DNA from: Camelus ferus
Taxonomy: Eukaryota
Length of the DNA: 64,000 nt
Direction: 5' to 3'
Assembly: GCF_009834535.1 (NCBI RefSeq)
Contig: NC_045707.1
Location: 17,112,001-17,176,000, forward strand
Shown: positions 44,461 to 64,000 of the stretch, one piece after another
Position numbering within the stretch: the first letter of the stretch is position 1
Layout: every line of letters begins with the position of its first letter
Notes under the pieces: generated by a model
Database searches by the model: none
What the model was told of the DNA's origin: nothing
Seen by the model: the letters and a program-made list of their open reading frames with translations, nothing else
Translations under genes and position numbers: made by a program

Positions 44461-45104
44461 GTGATCTGCCTCTATGCCACATCACCATCTTGTTACGTGC
44501 TGTTTTCTAGCTTTGAAGCAATTTACCAGCTATGGCAGGTCTCCAAAACCCAAAAGGACTCCACTTAAAAAAAGGTAGCCATATCAAAGGATTTTTGAAA
44601 GTTTAAATCATGTTCATGTATTTACCCTATAAAGAATTCTCATAAATTACTTAGCCATGAGTCTTCCCCACCAAAGCCAGGAGTAATGTTTCCTTAAGCT
44701 TTGAGTGACCGGTGACTCTACCCATAAGTTTACAGATGTGCACAGAGATGTTTTCTGGAAGGCAGCTGTGGTTTAGTGAAATGAATAGTAGACGTGGTTC
44801 AAACCCCAGTTGGGCCACTGAACTCAGTGTGCGGCCCTGCACCCTTACTGTGGGTCTCTGAGCTCCGGTTTCTTCATCACAAGATATATCATGAAGGTGG
44901 TGGGGACAGAATTACAGGGTGTAGGGGTCTAGTGCAGTCTTTGGCTAAATCTAAGATTGCTGTGAACCCAGGGGCAGAGGACCATACTGGAGACTCCAGA
45001 TCTAGAGCTTTCTCTGCTCCTTGAGACTTCGGGGACCCTCCCAAACCCCGATCCCCGAGGAGGATAACAGAAGTGCTGACAACATCCAGCATTGGCTACA
45101 TTGA

Positions 45105-45110
45105 TTTATT
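45105..45110 (-). terminator. KRT81 polyadenylation signal
   Basis: TTTATT on +, about 370 nt past the TAG. Confidence 0.75.
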
Positions 45111-45481
45111 GGAAGCACAGATCAAGAAAGAGATGAACACCGCATAGGAGGAAGAGGAGAAGCTGGGGTAGAGTGGGAGCTCTGGTCATTGACCCCATGG
45201 CAGTCCAGGGTAGGGTCCTGGTCCTGAAACCCCTTGCCCCAGAGGCGCCCTTCTTGTGGGCACTACAGGGACTAGGGTAGCCTTTCCCAGCGCTGGCAGC
45301 AGAGCTCAGAACAAGGGATCACAAATAGACACTAGGCCAGGGGTGAAAAAAGCATCTTTCAAAGTGCCAGAAAAGTAGCCTAGGATTTGCTCTGCCCAGG
45401 GCTGGGCGGGGCTGGGCCACGCAGGGCAGGCCCTGCCAGGCTGGGAGGGAGAGATGCCAGGGCAGGCCTGAGTTGGGGCAC

Positions 45482-50557
<5,076 letters not shown>

Positions 50558-50645
50558 GATGCTTCTGGGGGTTTCGGCTGCAGCGCAAGGGGTGGAGGAC
50601 TGGAGCCTTGTGGAAACTCCAATGTGCTCCTCAAGGAGCCCAGGC

Positions 50646-50653
50646 TTATTTAT
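50646..50653 (-). promoter_or_regulatory. TATA-like element (CATAAATA) of KRT81
   Basis: About 90 nt upstream of the ATG at 50557. Confidence 0.55.
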
Positions 50654-51589
50654 GCTCAGACAGGAAGGGGCTTGGCTATGCAGATGAAGTCGCCTCGATT
50701 TGGGCTTTATGGGCTTGGGTGTCTAGCCAGGTCAAAAGCCTCTCGAGAATGTGCTTTAATAGTGGAGTGGCCCGCCCCATGTCTGTGTAAAGGATGCCAA
50801 CCCCTGGGCTGTCGGGGAACTTGGCATGTTTCATCTCAAATTACCTTGCCAGTAGGGCATGCACTCATCTGAGGATACTGGAGAGAGAACGGCAGGTAGG
50901 GGAGGGGTCGGAGGAATGGGGCCAAGAGAAAGGGAGGAGAAGGGAGGCCAGATGTCGGAGAAGCAGGGGACTTGGGAATATGTAGGGTGTGAGTGGGGGA
51001 CCCAGGAAAGACTGAAGTATTTACATATAACTTTTAGAAGTTTCCATCGCAGTAGTGGTCAAGGTGTTACTATAACATAAATCTGTATTTCCCTCATCTC
51101 CAGATAGTCCAGTTGGCTGCTGAAATATATCTGTCTTTTCTTGTCATGGCAGCAGCCAGCAGATTATGAAATATTTGTGCTTTATGTCTTCTTCCACTTT
51201 TATTATGAGAGTTTTCAAACATACAGAAAACTGGAAAGAGTAGTACCTGTATAACAAACCCCCTGACGTGTTCCACTGGGTACCTGGATTCAACTACCAT
51301 TAACGCTGTGTCATGTTTTCTCTCACTGTTGCTCGCCCCACTATTTGACAGTTACAGAAAGCATGGCATGTCACCCTTAAATACTTGCGCACGCATTTCT
51401 TAAGAATAAGGACAGTACCATGCTCACATGCAAGAAAAAGGACGATAATTCCAAAGAATCATTTACTCTCCATTCCATATTAAAATTTCCCAACTGTCTG
51501 TCCTAAGGCTTTCTAAAACCGGATTTTCTCGGATTTAACTCACAGCTGTATCTCTTGTACTTTCTATAAACTGGAAGTTAACTCAAGCT

Positions 51590-51785
51590 GGGCTGTTTAA
51601 TGTGGTAGCCTATAGACACATATGGCTCTTTATATATGTTAGTTAAAATAAAATAGATTCCAAATCTAGTCCCTCTGTGGCACTAGCCAAGTGCCACACA
51701 TGACTAGTGGCTACTTTATTGGACAGCACGGATACAGAACATTTCCACCATCATACCAGCATCTATTGGATGGTGCTGGTCTAGA
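51590..51785. mobile_element. MER3-like hAT DNA transposon fossil
   Basis: gctgtttaatgtggtagcc..cacatgactagtggctactttattggacagcacggatacagaacatttcc..ctattgga resembles the recalled MER3 consensus. Confidence 0.65.
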
Positions 51786-53359
51786 AGCTTGGTTGGGTTT
51801 AACTGAAACATTTTGGGGCAGAATACATCATAAACAATGCTATATGATGCTTACTGGATCACCCCAGGAAGCACAAAATGGCAGGTTGTCCTGTTATTGG
51901 TGATGCTAAATCAGATCACTTGAATGCATCTTCCCCTTTACAGTTAGAAAGAACTTCTGTAGGGCAACACAGATCCAATTTTCTTTTTATTGGTCACCGA
52001 CTATGTGACCATCATTATATGCCATAAATGAGCTCTAATTCTTGCATCAACCATAAGAAGTGTGTATGGCTATTCCCATTTTACAGATGAGGAAATTGAG
52101 GCTCAGAGAGGATAAATAATCCACCCCAAATCTCCCAGCTAATAACTAGTGGAGCTCAGGAGAAGCAATGCCTTCTCACTGACAGGCAACGTCAACCCCT
52201 GGATTTCTTAATCCCTGGAAACTTTCAAGAGGATGAAGAATGTTGTTTAGGGGAGGATATTTGTGGATGTAAGGTTGGGGAGAGTCAGTTCAAGGAAGAT
52301 GGGTAGAGTCAGAGGTGGTTGGGAGGGTTAGAACAAGGAGGGCCAGTGGGCATGAGCGTGTCACAAGGGCGAGGAGAGCCTGGGGGTCAAGAGATCTGCA
52401 GGACTCTGTGGCTGAGAATTGACTGGAGGGATGGAAAATGGCAGTTTTAGCTATTTGTATACCTCTGGTGTGTTGCAAGTACCTTGATAGATTGTACTGT
52501 ATTCTATGTACCTATGAAGCTCCTCATTCCAACAGAGCAGCTCTAGAAAAATTATCTCATAAACTACAGGAGTATGCATTAAACAGAAGGGAAGAAAAGA
52601 GAAGTGAAATGCTGTGGCTGGCAACCCCTGTAGCTGCTGTGTCGTAGGGGTGCAGGCAGGTAGAGCAGCTTGGGGGGGCAGGGCTGGAGGGAAAAGAGAA
52701 GGAAGGGAATAGTATGTCTGCAAAAATTCAGGAGTGAGGGCTTGTGACAAGATAGACATGGGGTCATGGACTGTATCAGCTGTCTGGTCATCTCAGAGGA
52801 GGGTGTGACACCTGATGTCACTTTATGTGTTTGGGGAGCTGGGCCAGCTCTTCTGAGGTCCTTTATGCCCTCATCTGGCACTCTGGGCACTGCCCACTAT
52901 GGAGCGGCCAGCTGGCCGGGTGTCCCGAGGAGAAGCCCTGTGAGTCAGGGTGTAGCTCACACATGATTTACCTTTTCTACCCATGTAACTCCCTATAAAA
53001 ATGACATGAATAAACACGAGCTAATTACTAATGGCTGGCCCTTGCTAAGCAATTTTAAAGAAGCAAGAAGCAATTTAAAACAAGTTATAAAAAAAATTAA
53101 AATGTGACACTATTTCCTTAAACTTCAGGTATCACCAATCGCTGCTCATTTTGAAGACCTAAAGTGATGTTCAAGCTGTAGGTTTCCTTGGCGTGAAAAA
53201 GGCTGTGGTGGGGGAAGGGGAGAGGGAAGGGAAAGGGCCGGCAGAATCACCACCTACGGGAAGAAACAGGACAGAGTGGAACTTAGGAGTTTCCTCTGAG
53301 CCTCAGTCTCATTGCTCTCCTTTCTTTTGTGGCCCAGGGATGGCCCCACTGCAGGATTT

Positions 53360-53720
53360 TGTAGTGAATCATTCCTTTACTTTTCTTTACAATTTTAGGA
53401 CCAAGGAATGCATCCCTAAACCATTTCCAGTTTTTGAACTTCATGTAAATGGAATCATCCTGTGCATTCCTTTCTTCAGTGTTGCTTCCTGTAGCTGTAT
53501 TGCGTTCATTTTCACTGTGGATCGTACTCATTGCATGAACATGTCAGAGTTTATTTATCTTTTCCCTGGCGTCGTGGTTGTTTCTGGAGTTTGTGTTACG
53601 AACAGAGCTGCCGTGAGCATTCTTTTCCTTGTCTTCTGGTATATTTGCGCAGGAGTTTTTCTAGGGTATGTGGTTACTTAAGAGAAAATTATACAGGTAG
53701 TATATGCTTAGTGGAGAATA
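53360..53720 (-). mobile_element. Ancient LINE-1 (L1M-type) fragment
   Basis: ttttgaacttcatgtaaatggaatcatcctgtgcattcc..cttttccttgtcttctggtatatttg is typical antisense L1M 3' sequence. Similar fragments lie near 6215-6540, 36480-36720 and 51175-51560. Confidence 0.55.
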
Positions 53721-56700
53721 TTTCATGAATATTCTTCTAAACTTGTAAAATAATAACATCCCTTGATACTAGATACTTACATCTCACTTCATACTAGATA
53801 CTATACTAATAGCCAAAATGCATTAATGCATTTAATCTTTACAATCACCCTCTGAGGCAGGTGTTATTATTCTAGCTTTACAGATGAGGACACTGGGGCC
53901 CAGAGGGTTAAGAGGCTGGCTCAGGTGGTGTAGTTAGAGGCAGAGCTGCCACTCAGAGCCTGGTGTTACTGATCTCAGTGGAAGGGGTGAGTTTGTCTCA
54001 TTTCATGCCTATCCATCCGCCATCTAAAAGTATCACATGGTAGATGGTGTTTGTATATAACACATTCACACACACGCTCGCCAGTCCCCTCCCTCCAGCA
54101 CCTCCTCAAGGCCCTTCAGCATGTTGTCATTGTTCAGGACCAGAGGATAGGGGAGAGCTCACCCTTGTTTGTTGTGAGCTTCCAGTCTAAGAGAAAAGCT
54201 GGACATGTACCCAGATCATAAGCAAAACTGCAAACCCTGCAGCATCCCAATGAGTTCCAATGGTTGGTTCATGGATATGTTCCAAGGGCTTGGTACATAG
54301 AAGGTGCTCAATAAATATTTGTTGAGTGAATGAAGTGAATACCAGCTGCATTTTAAGTGCTGAGTAATGGAGCCATCAAAGCTTGATGGTTAATTGGCAA
54401 AGCTTTTTAGTAGGATGGGGTGGGGACCAGATGAAGCAGACCAGAGGGCGGCCATTCCTGGGGGTGGGGGTAGGATGGGGAGAGGTTCCTGCTGGGACCT
54501 GAGGAAGGATGAAGCGAGTAGATGCATCCCTTACCAAAGCGAAGTCCTTGACCTGAGCAATGATGGGGGTGGCAGGGAAAGGTGGCCAACAAGGGCAAGG
54601 ATTCTGAAGGCCATGAGCCAGAGTAGAGATGGGGAAGGATTGGAGAAGGGAAGAGAGAAGTTGATAGAAGATAGATTTCTAGAGAAAAGGAAGGAGAAGA
54701 TGCTTAGTCTTAAATTATTACTCTCCAGGGCCACTTGGAAGAAGGTTAGATACTGGCTTGGGGGGTGAGAAGATTAGGGGAGACAGAAAGGGAGGGGAGG
54801 GGAGTGGAGGAGAGTGGAGGAAAAAGAGGGAGAAGCCTCAGGAGAGAACGGTGGGGGATGCTCTGGGGGCGAAAGAGCAGAGGAGGAGGAGGTTGATGGG
54901 GGAAGGGCAAAGCACTGAGGACAAGGTGCAGACGTGCCCGAAGAGGTGGGCAGCCTTGGCTCCAGCTCTAAGGACGTACACCCTCAAGGAGCAGGGATAT
55001 GGGCTGGGGAAGGCGCCGAGGCTCAGCCTGGTTAGTCAGAACAGATCTCATCAAGGGTGGCGCTCCTGAGTCAAGCTTCACTCCCTGCCAGTCTCTCCAT
55101 GAGGGCCTTTGGCCCTCCCTCCTCTGGTGAATTTTCTCATGGATAATTGGCTGCTGTCCCAAACTGTCTTGGCTGAGGAGGCAGGGGCTCTGATGGGGGC
55201 CTCTCCTCAAATCACCAACCCAAAGGTGCTGCCTGGTGCCTGGACCAGAGGGCAACTCCATCTCTAACAGCCTGCGTGTTGTGCAAACAGCCACCTTCTC
55301 ATCCCTCAATTTCCCTCACTGGAACCTGGCCTGCACCTGCTTTCTGTGAACAGAAAGCATGAGCTGCAAGGTTAGAAAGGGCACAAAAGTGCAAGCCTAG
55401 AGTGCAGTTTTGGTATCTTTCAGATGTAGAGTCCGTAGGCTGATTCCCAGCCTATAGCCATGGAGCAGAATGACATGGGCCCTGCTTCTGAGGTCTCTGT
55501 CTCAACTGGATCTCCACTATCACAGCATCTCAGGATCCCTTCCTCTTCTGCAAGGACCCTCAGGCGTCCCTACCGCCCACTCTCTGAAATACTTCCATGC
55601 AAATCTTTTCACGAACACTGTCCCTCTGGCTGCCTTACTGAAACCTGTCCTCACACTTTCCAGGAAGCCTGTCTGAACTTTCCCATCAGACTAGCTGCAT
55701 TCCACATTGTCCCGGAATGGGTGCTGCCAATAGGCATTCGCATTTTTGATGGTATTGCTCTCTTCAAGTTTCTGGCCTTTCTCATGAATGTGGATCTGTC
55801 TTCCCTGTCAGGTCAGGAGCTCCGGAATCCATGTCTCCTCCTCCTCTTAATGTCTTCCTCCCTCCCTCCAAAATTAAGACAGGGTTCAGCATATTGCAGG
55901 GTCACATCAATCACAGAATCCCTGGATCCTACAATGAGACAAGATTTTATCTTGTCTAATCTATCACCCATCTTGGGGAAATCTTCCTTATAACATCCTC
56001 CACAGGAGGAAGGCAGACTGAAGGGAGCCTTGAACAGGAACTTCCTAATGTTAAAATCACTTGATTTACACCTTCTTTCCAGGCATCCTTTCAAACAAGA
56101 TCTACTTGGGCTAAAAGAAGAGGCTCTGATCTCCAGATCTGAAGGTCTTTTGGTTCACCCTGGCTCCACAAACACGATGGCCACTCCAGAATCAAGAGTG
56201 TTTCTCATTTACGTAAAGCTCCCCTAACTGACAGCCATAATGCAAGCTCCTTAGGAAACCAGGGCTACCTGCTCTCCTTCTGGGAAGCTCTTCCTCAAAC
56301 CCAACTTCTGTCTGTCCAGCTGCATTGAAAACCTAACTTCTTTTGCTCTCTTTGGAGTTCCACTACACTAGGATGGATTATCAGCCGCATATCTCTTACT
56401 CTCAACCCCTGGGCTACTGACTAATCAGCAGTTTTCAGAATCAAGCAAAAAGCAAGATGAATGAGCATGTTAATGGATTTATGGTTGAGAATTTCTACGG
56501 TCTATTAAGACTAAATAAGAAATACCAATTTGTCAATTATTACAGATAACAAACTTTTTGGACTGTCTAAACTTTACTTTTCTTCTAATAGTGTGGTTGC
56601 CTAAGGATTGGTGACATTTTCCCTTTGCCTACGAAGAGAGATTCTCATTGGACCTTCCCTGGGGCAGTTGGGCTAGAGGACAAACATTTGATTATGGATT

Positions 56701-57099
56701 CTTTTCCAGGATAAAGGAAGTAACATTATCAGAGGTCTCTAGTCCCCCCTTTCCCTTGGACTGACCCCCATGGTAGAATAATAGTTGGTAATATTTATCG
56801 AGTACTTGCTATGAGCCAGGTTGTGTTAAGGTTGTGTTAAGCTTATGTTAAGCTTTGTCCATGTCTTATTTAATTTAATCCTTCTGTTCATCCTTTTAGA
56901 TAGGCACCATTAGTGGGAATTTTACATAGATGGTTTAGGAATGTGGGTAGGTATATTCCATCAAGTCTGCTGCTACATTTACAGCAGCAGCATTAACAAC
57001 AACAATACCACATATCCTTACCTCCCAATCAAACCTGCCACTATAGCGATGGCAACAGCAGTGACAACAACTAATACGATTACTAATGTTATTTACTAA

Positions 57100-57330
57100 T
57101 AAAATGCTAATATGATTACATGCCTAGAGTGTGTCAAGTTCTGTTCTGAGTGCTTTACATGGATTGATTCTTTTAATCCTTACAGAACTTTATGAGCTGG
57201 GTACTATTATCCCTATTTTACAAATCATGAAGTGAGGTATGAAAAGATTACGTAATTGCCTGAATTTACACAGCTAGAAAGTGGCAGAATTGGACTTTGA
57301 AACAGGGCAGTTTTGAATCTGAGTCTATGT
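57100..57330 (-). mobile_element. MIR SINE
   Basis: tgagtgctttacatgg..ttaatccttacagaac..tattatccctattttacaaat..cacagctagaaagtggcagaattgg. Further MIR-like pieces near 11940, 38630, 44750, 52040 and 53820. Confidence 0.65.
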
Positions 57331-58669
57331 TCTTAGCTGGTAGGCCATGTATTTAAACCTTTTAGTTACAATTATATTAAGACATAATTTTGCATAGTGA
57401 GTAAGTACACATATCACACACTATTGAAACGAAAGGTCATGGAACACTATTTTTACTACACATGATGCACTCTGATATTTTATAGTCTATCCAGAGACTC
57501 CTGCTTCTTAATGATTATAATAAAACACATCTGCACTCTGTGCTGGAGTCTACTGAGACTGTGCACATCTCTGTAATTCTCCAAGGCAGTACTGGGAAGA
57601 AAAGGCTTAATTCATTTCCCAGAAGAGTGAAGTGCCTTGTCCATAGATCACACAGAGCTAGTCATGGAAGCACCTTTGTTTCTTCCCAGCACTTTAGGGT
57701 TCATGACCCATGCTATCCACACTGGATGGATCACACACACCGATAGGGATCTGTTCTGACATCTTGCAAGGCTACTGACAAACTGCTGTAAAGGGAAGGG
57801 GATTGCAGGGCTGGTATAGCATGGAAAGCAGCTTGGACTCAAGGGGGCGATGGTAGGGGGTGGATGCTCTCCTCATATGGCTCTACCTAGAATTACTCTT
57901 TGGTATTCTGAGCCTAATGCTATACAGGCTCATAACAGTGTTGTCCAAGCCAGTCATTCTGGACCCTGGAGGAAACATGGAGCCTTGAGGTGAAATCCAG
58001 GACATGTTACCCTTGCTTGGGACCTTTTTGGAAATGGTTGGGCATTCTTGAGGCCGTTGAGCAGTGTGTCCCCTTAGATTTCACGGAAGACTCTGAGGGA
58101 GAGAGTGCCTCCCCTCAGCATAGGTTGGCCAAGAAGGCCTAATAAGTTGGCCTAGGGACTGGTCTGTGTGCAAGTAGGGGTAGGTGAGTGTGTACATAAT
58201 CATGTGGGAGTATGTGTGAGATTATGAATGAGAAGATCAGCATATGAGTGCATAGTATATGTGTATATAGGCGTGTGTCTGTAAGAGAGAGAATATGTTG
58301 ATGGGTGTAGGTGAAGGATTTGGGAGCAGGTGTGGTGGTGTTGGGTGTGTGTGCGTGTGATTAAGTGAGAGATTGTGTAAGTGTGGGAATTTGGTGCTGC
58401 AGATATCAGTGTGAGGGAAGTCATCGACACACCTCAGGTTCCACATCATCTGTTTACGTCACACTCCCTCAGGGTTCCAGGGCTGGTGCGATCAGCACCA
58501 CGGACAGCGGCGTGACCGCATCAGATGGGGCGGTACAGGAGGAGCCGTAGCCCCGCCTTTCCCCGCCCTCCCTTCCAACCTGAGTCACTGCTCCAGCATC
58601 ATCCAAACCCTGAGTTTCGCCAATTGTCTATGGGGAAGTTGGGGTGTGTGTGTGGGGGGTGAGTTGGCT

Positions 58670-58678
58670 CTTTGAAGA
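58670..58678 (+). promoter_or_regulatory. HK-1/LEF1 motif CTTTGAAGA in the KRT86 promoter
   Basis: Exact match to the 9-mer known from hair keratin promoters, about 260 nt upstream of the ATG. Confidence 0.65.
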
Positions 58679-58784
58679 CAAAAATTGTGCAGTTTAGGGT
58701 AAAAGGTCATAAACATCTGGTCGCCTTTGGTCTGCATAGCACATTAAAAAGGAGCAACAGCAGCTAAACAACCCAAGCCCATAA

Positions 58785-62881
<4,097 letters not shown>

Positions 62882-64000
62882 NNNNNNNNNNNNNNNNNNN
62901 NTCTATCCCATCCCTCCTTGGGTCTCAGAGTGCCGTGTCCCTCACATTCCTGGTATCACTTGACTTTTGTTTCCAAACCTCCCCATCCTGTAACTGGACA
63001 GGTAATTTGAGTACATGCTTTGGGTATGTTTCTATCCCCATGGGACTCTCTCATTCATCTAGGTGCTGACCTGGGATTGGTCCCTTTAGCAGATGTGTTC
63101 CTCAGAGCATGGAATCAAGGCCATAGTAATCGCTGCTGTGGAAAGCCTGGTCTGGGCTCAGGGCCACCTTCCCTGAAAAGAATTTCTTCCCTTTGGGCCC
63201 TCATTGCACAGCCCTCTCAGGATTTCAGCTCTCTTCTCAAGCCTGGCCCTGACTCCAATTGTTGGAGTTTAGGTTTATCCCCAAATGATAGCTTCAATAA
63301 GGGCTTTTTATCAATATACACATATATATTCTAACTACAGTGAGTGCCCCAAAGTGGTCTTCCATTGCAGCAGGGAGGACTAAGGCTAGACAGCAGTGAC
63401 TGGTCCTTTGAGGCAGCTATGACCTGCTCTGGGCATTTTTGATTGTTGCTTGTTGCTTGTTTTGGGGGAAGGGGGAGGCCCCTTGGTCATTCAGGCTTCC
63501 TGTGGCTAGAGGGCAGCTGAACAGCTCCTGTGAGGACAACAGTTCCAGAATGTTGCCCATTGGCTCTTTCCCCAGGTTAGTCAGGTGCTCACAGTCTGAG
63601 TCTTCCTCTTCTCGTGCACACCAGGCCCCTGGCCCTGGGCAGGGCAGAGTGGAGGGTGAGGATGCAGAGGGAGCATCCTGTGTTTTGGGGAGACGGAATC
63701 AAGGTGATCCCATGGTGAGACTCGCAACAAACTGAAGTAACTGCATTGGAGAGCTCAGAGGCACTGGGGAGTGTCATTAGTGAAGAATTCTGGGGGGAAG
63801 TTTTTTCAAGACTCTGTTTGGACATTGGAGAGGCATGTGGAGATAGCATTAAGAAAGGAGTGGCCCTCCCCTCTGCCACAAAGTGTTCTTAGGGTGAACT
63901 CAGAAACTTTGGTGTGGGTTCCCTAAGAAACCTGGGCATGGGATGGCAGACGGTGGGCTGCAGATTCTCCTTATTTCTGCAGCTGATTTTGACAACCTTT

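Noticed and set aside
56818-56855. 11-bp tandem repeat (GGTTGTGTTAA and variants) as an array
   Set aside because: About three degenerate units without spacers inside MIR-like sequence; simple slippage, not a CRISPR-like structure.
50700-58700. Hidden gene in the KRT81-KRT86 spacer (ORFs such as 53193-53681 and 55460-55993)
   Set aside because: The ORFs overlap repeat fossils or lack keratin or domain signatures and splice support; this looks like ordinary intergenic sequence.
62902-64000. KRT86 exons 8-9
   Set aside because: No LCEG..VNV exon found; presumed to lie beyond the window end.

Overview
Mammalian type II keratin cluster; the tRNA-derived SINEs suggest a camelid host. No prokaryotic features, RNA genes or CRISPR arrays. 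Six keratin units were rebuilt exon by exon from splice sites and canonical type II exon sizes. (1) KRT7 (+, 12-12813), complete but with a +1 frameshift in exon 5. (2) KRT87-like hair keratin (-, 21554-14822), a pseudogene with two frameshifts and a dead splice acceptor. (3) An extra, apparently intact 474-aa hair keratin (+, 26068-31428) with a remodelled head, divergent exons 3-4, lost cysteines and a short KRT86-like tail. (4) An orphan cassette of only exons 6-9 (+, 36207-39893, own AATAAA; tentatively KRT88), which is either a mini-keratin or an alternative 3' half of gene 3. (5) KRT81 (-, 50557-45482). (6) KRT86 (+, from 58935; exons 8-9 not found in the window). KRT81 and KRT86 lie head-to-head and share a ~3.4-kb, apparently indel-free, near-identical inverted repeat, with a visible breakpoint in KRT81 intron 1. 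Six N runs fall on paralogous segments of exons 1 and 7, so those parts cannot be checked. Gene names rest on recalled sequences and synteny, not on a database search.
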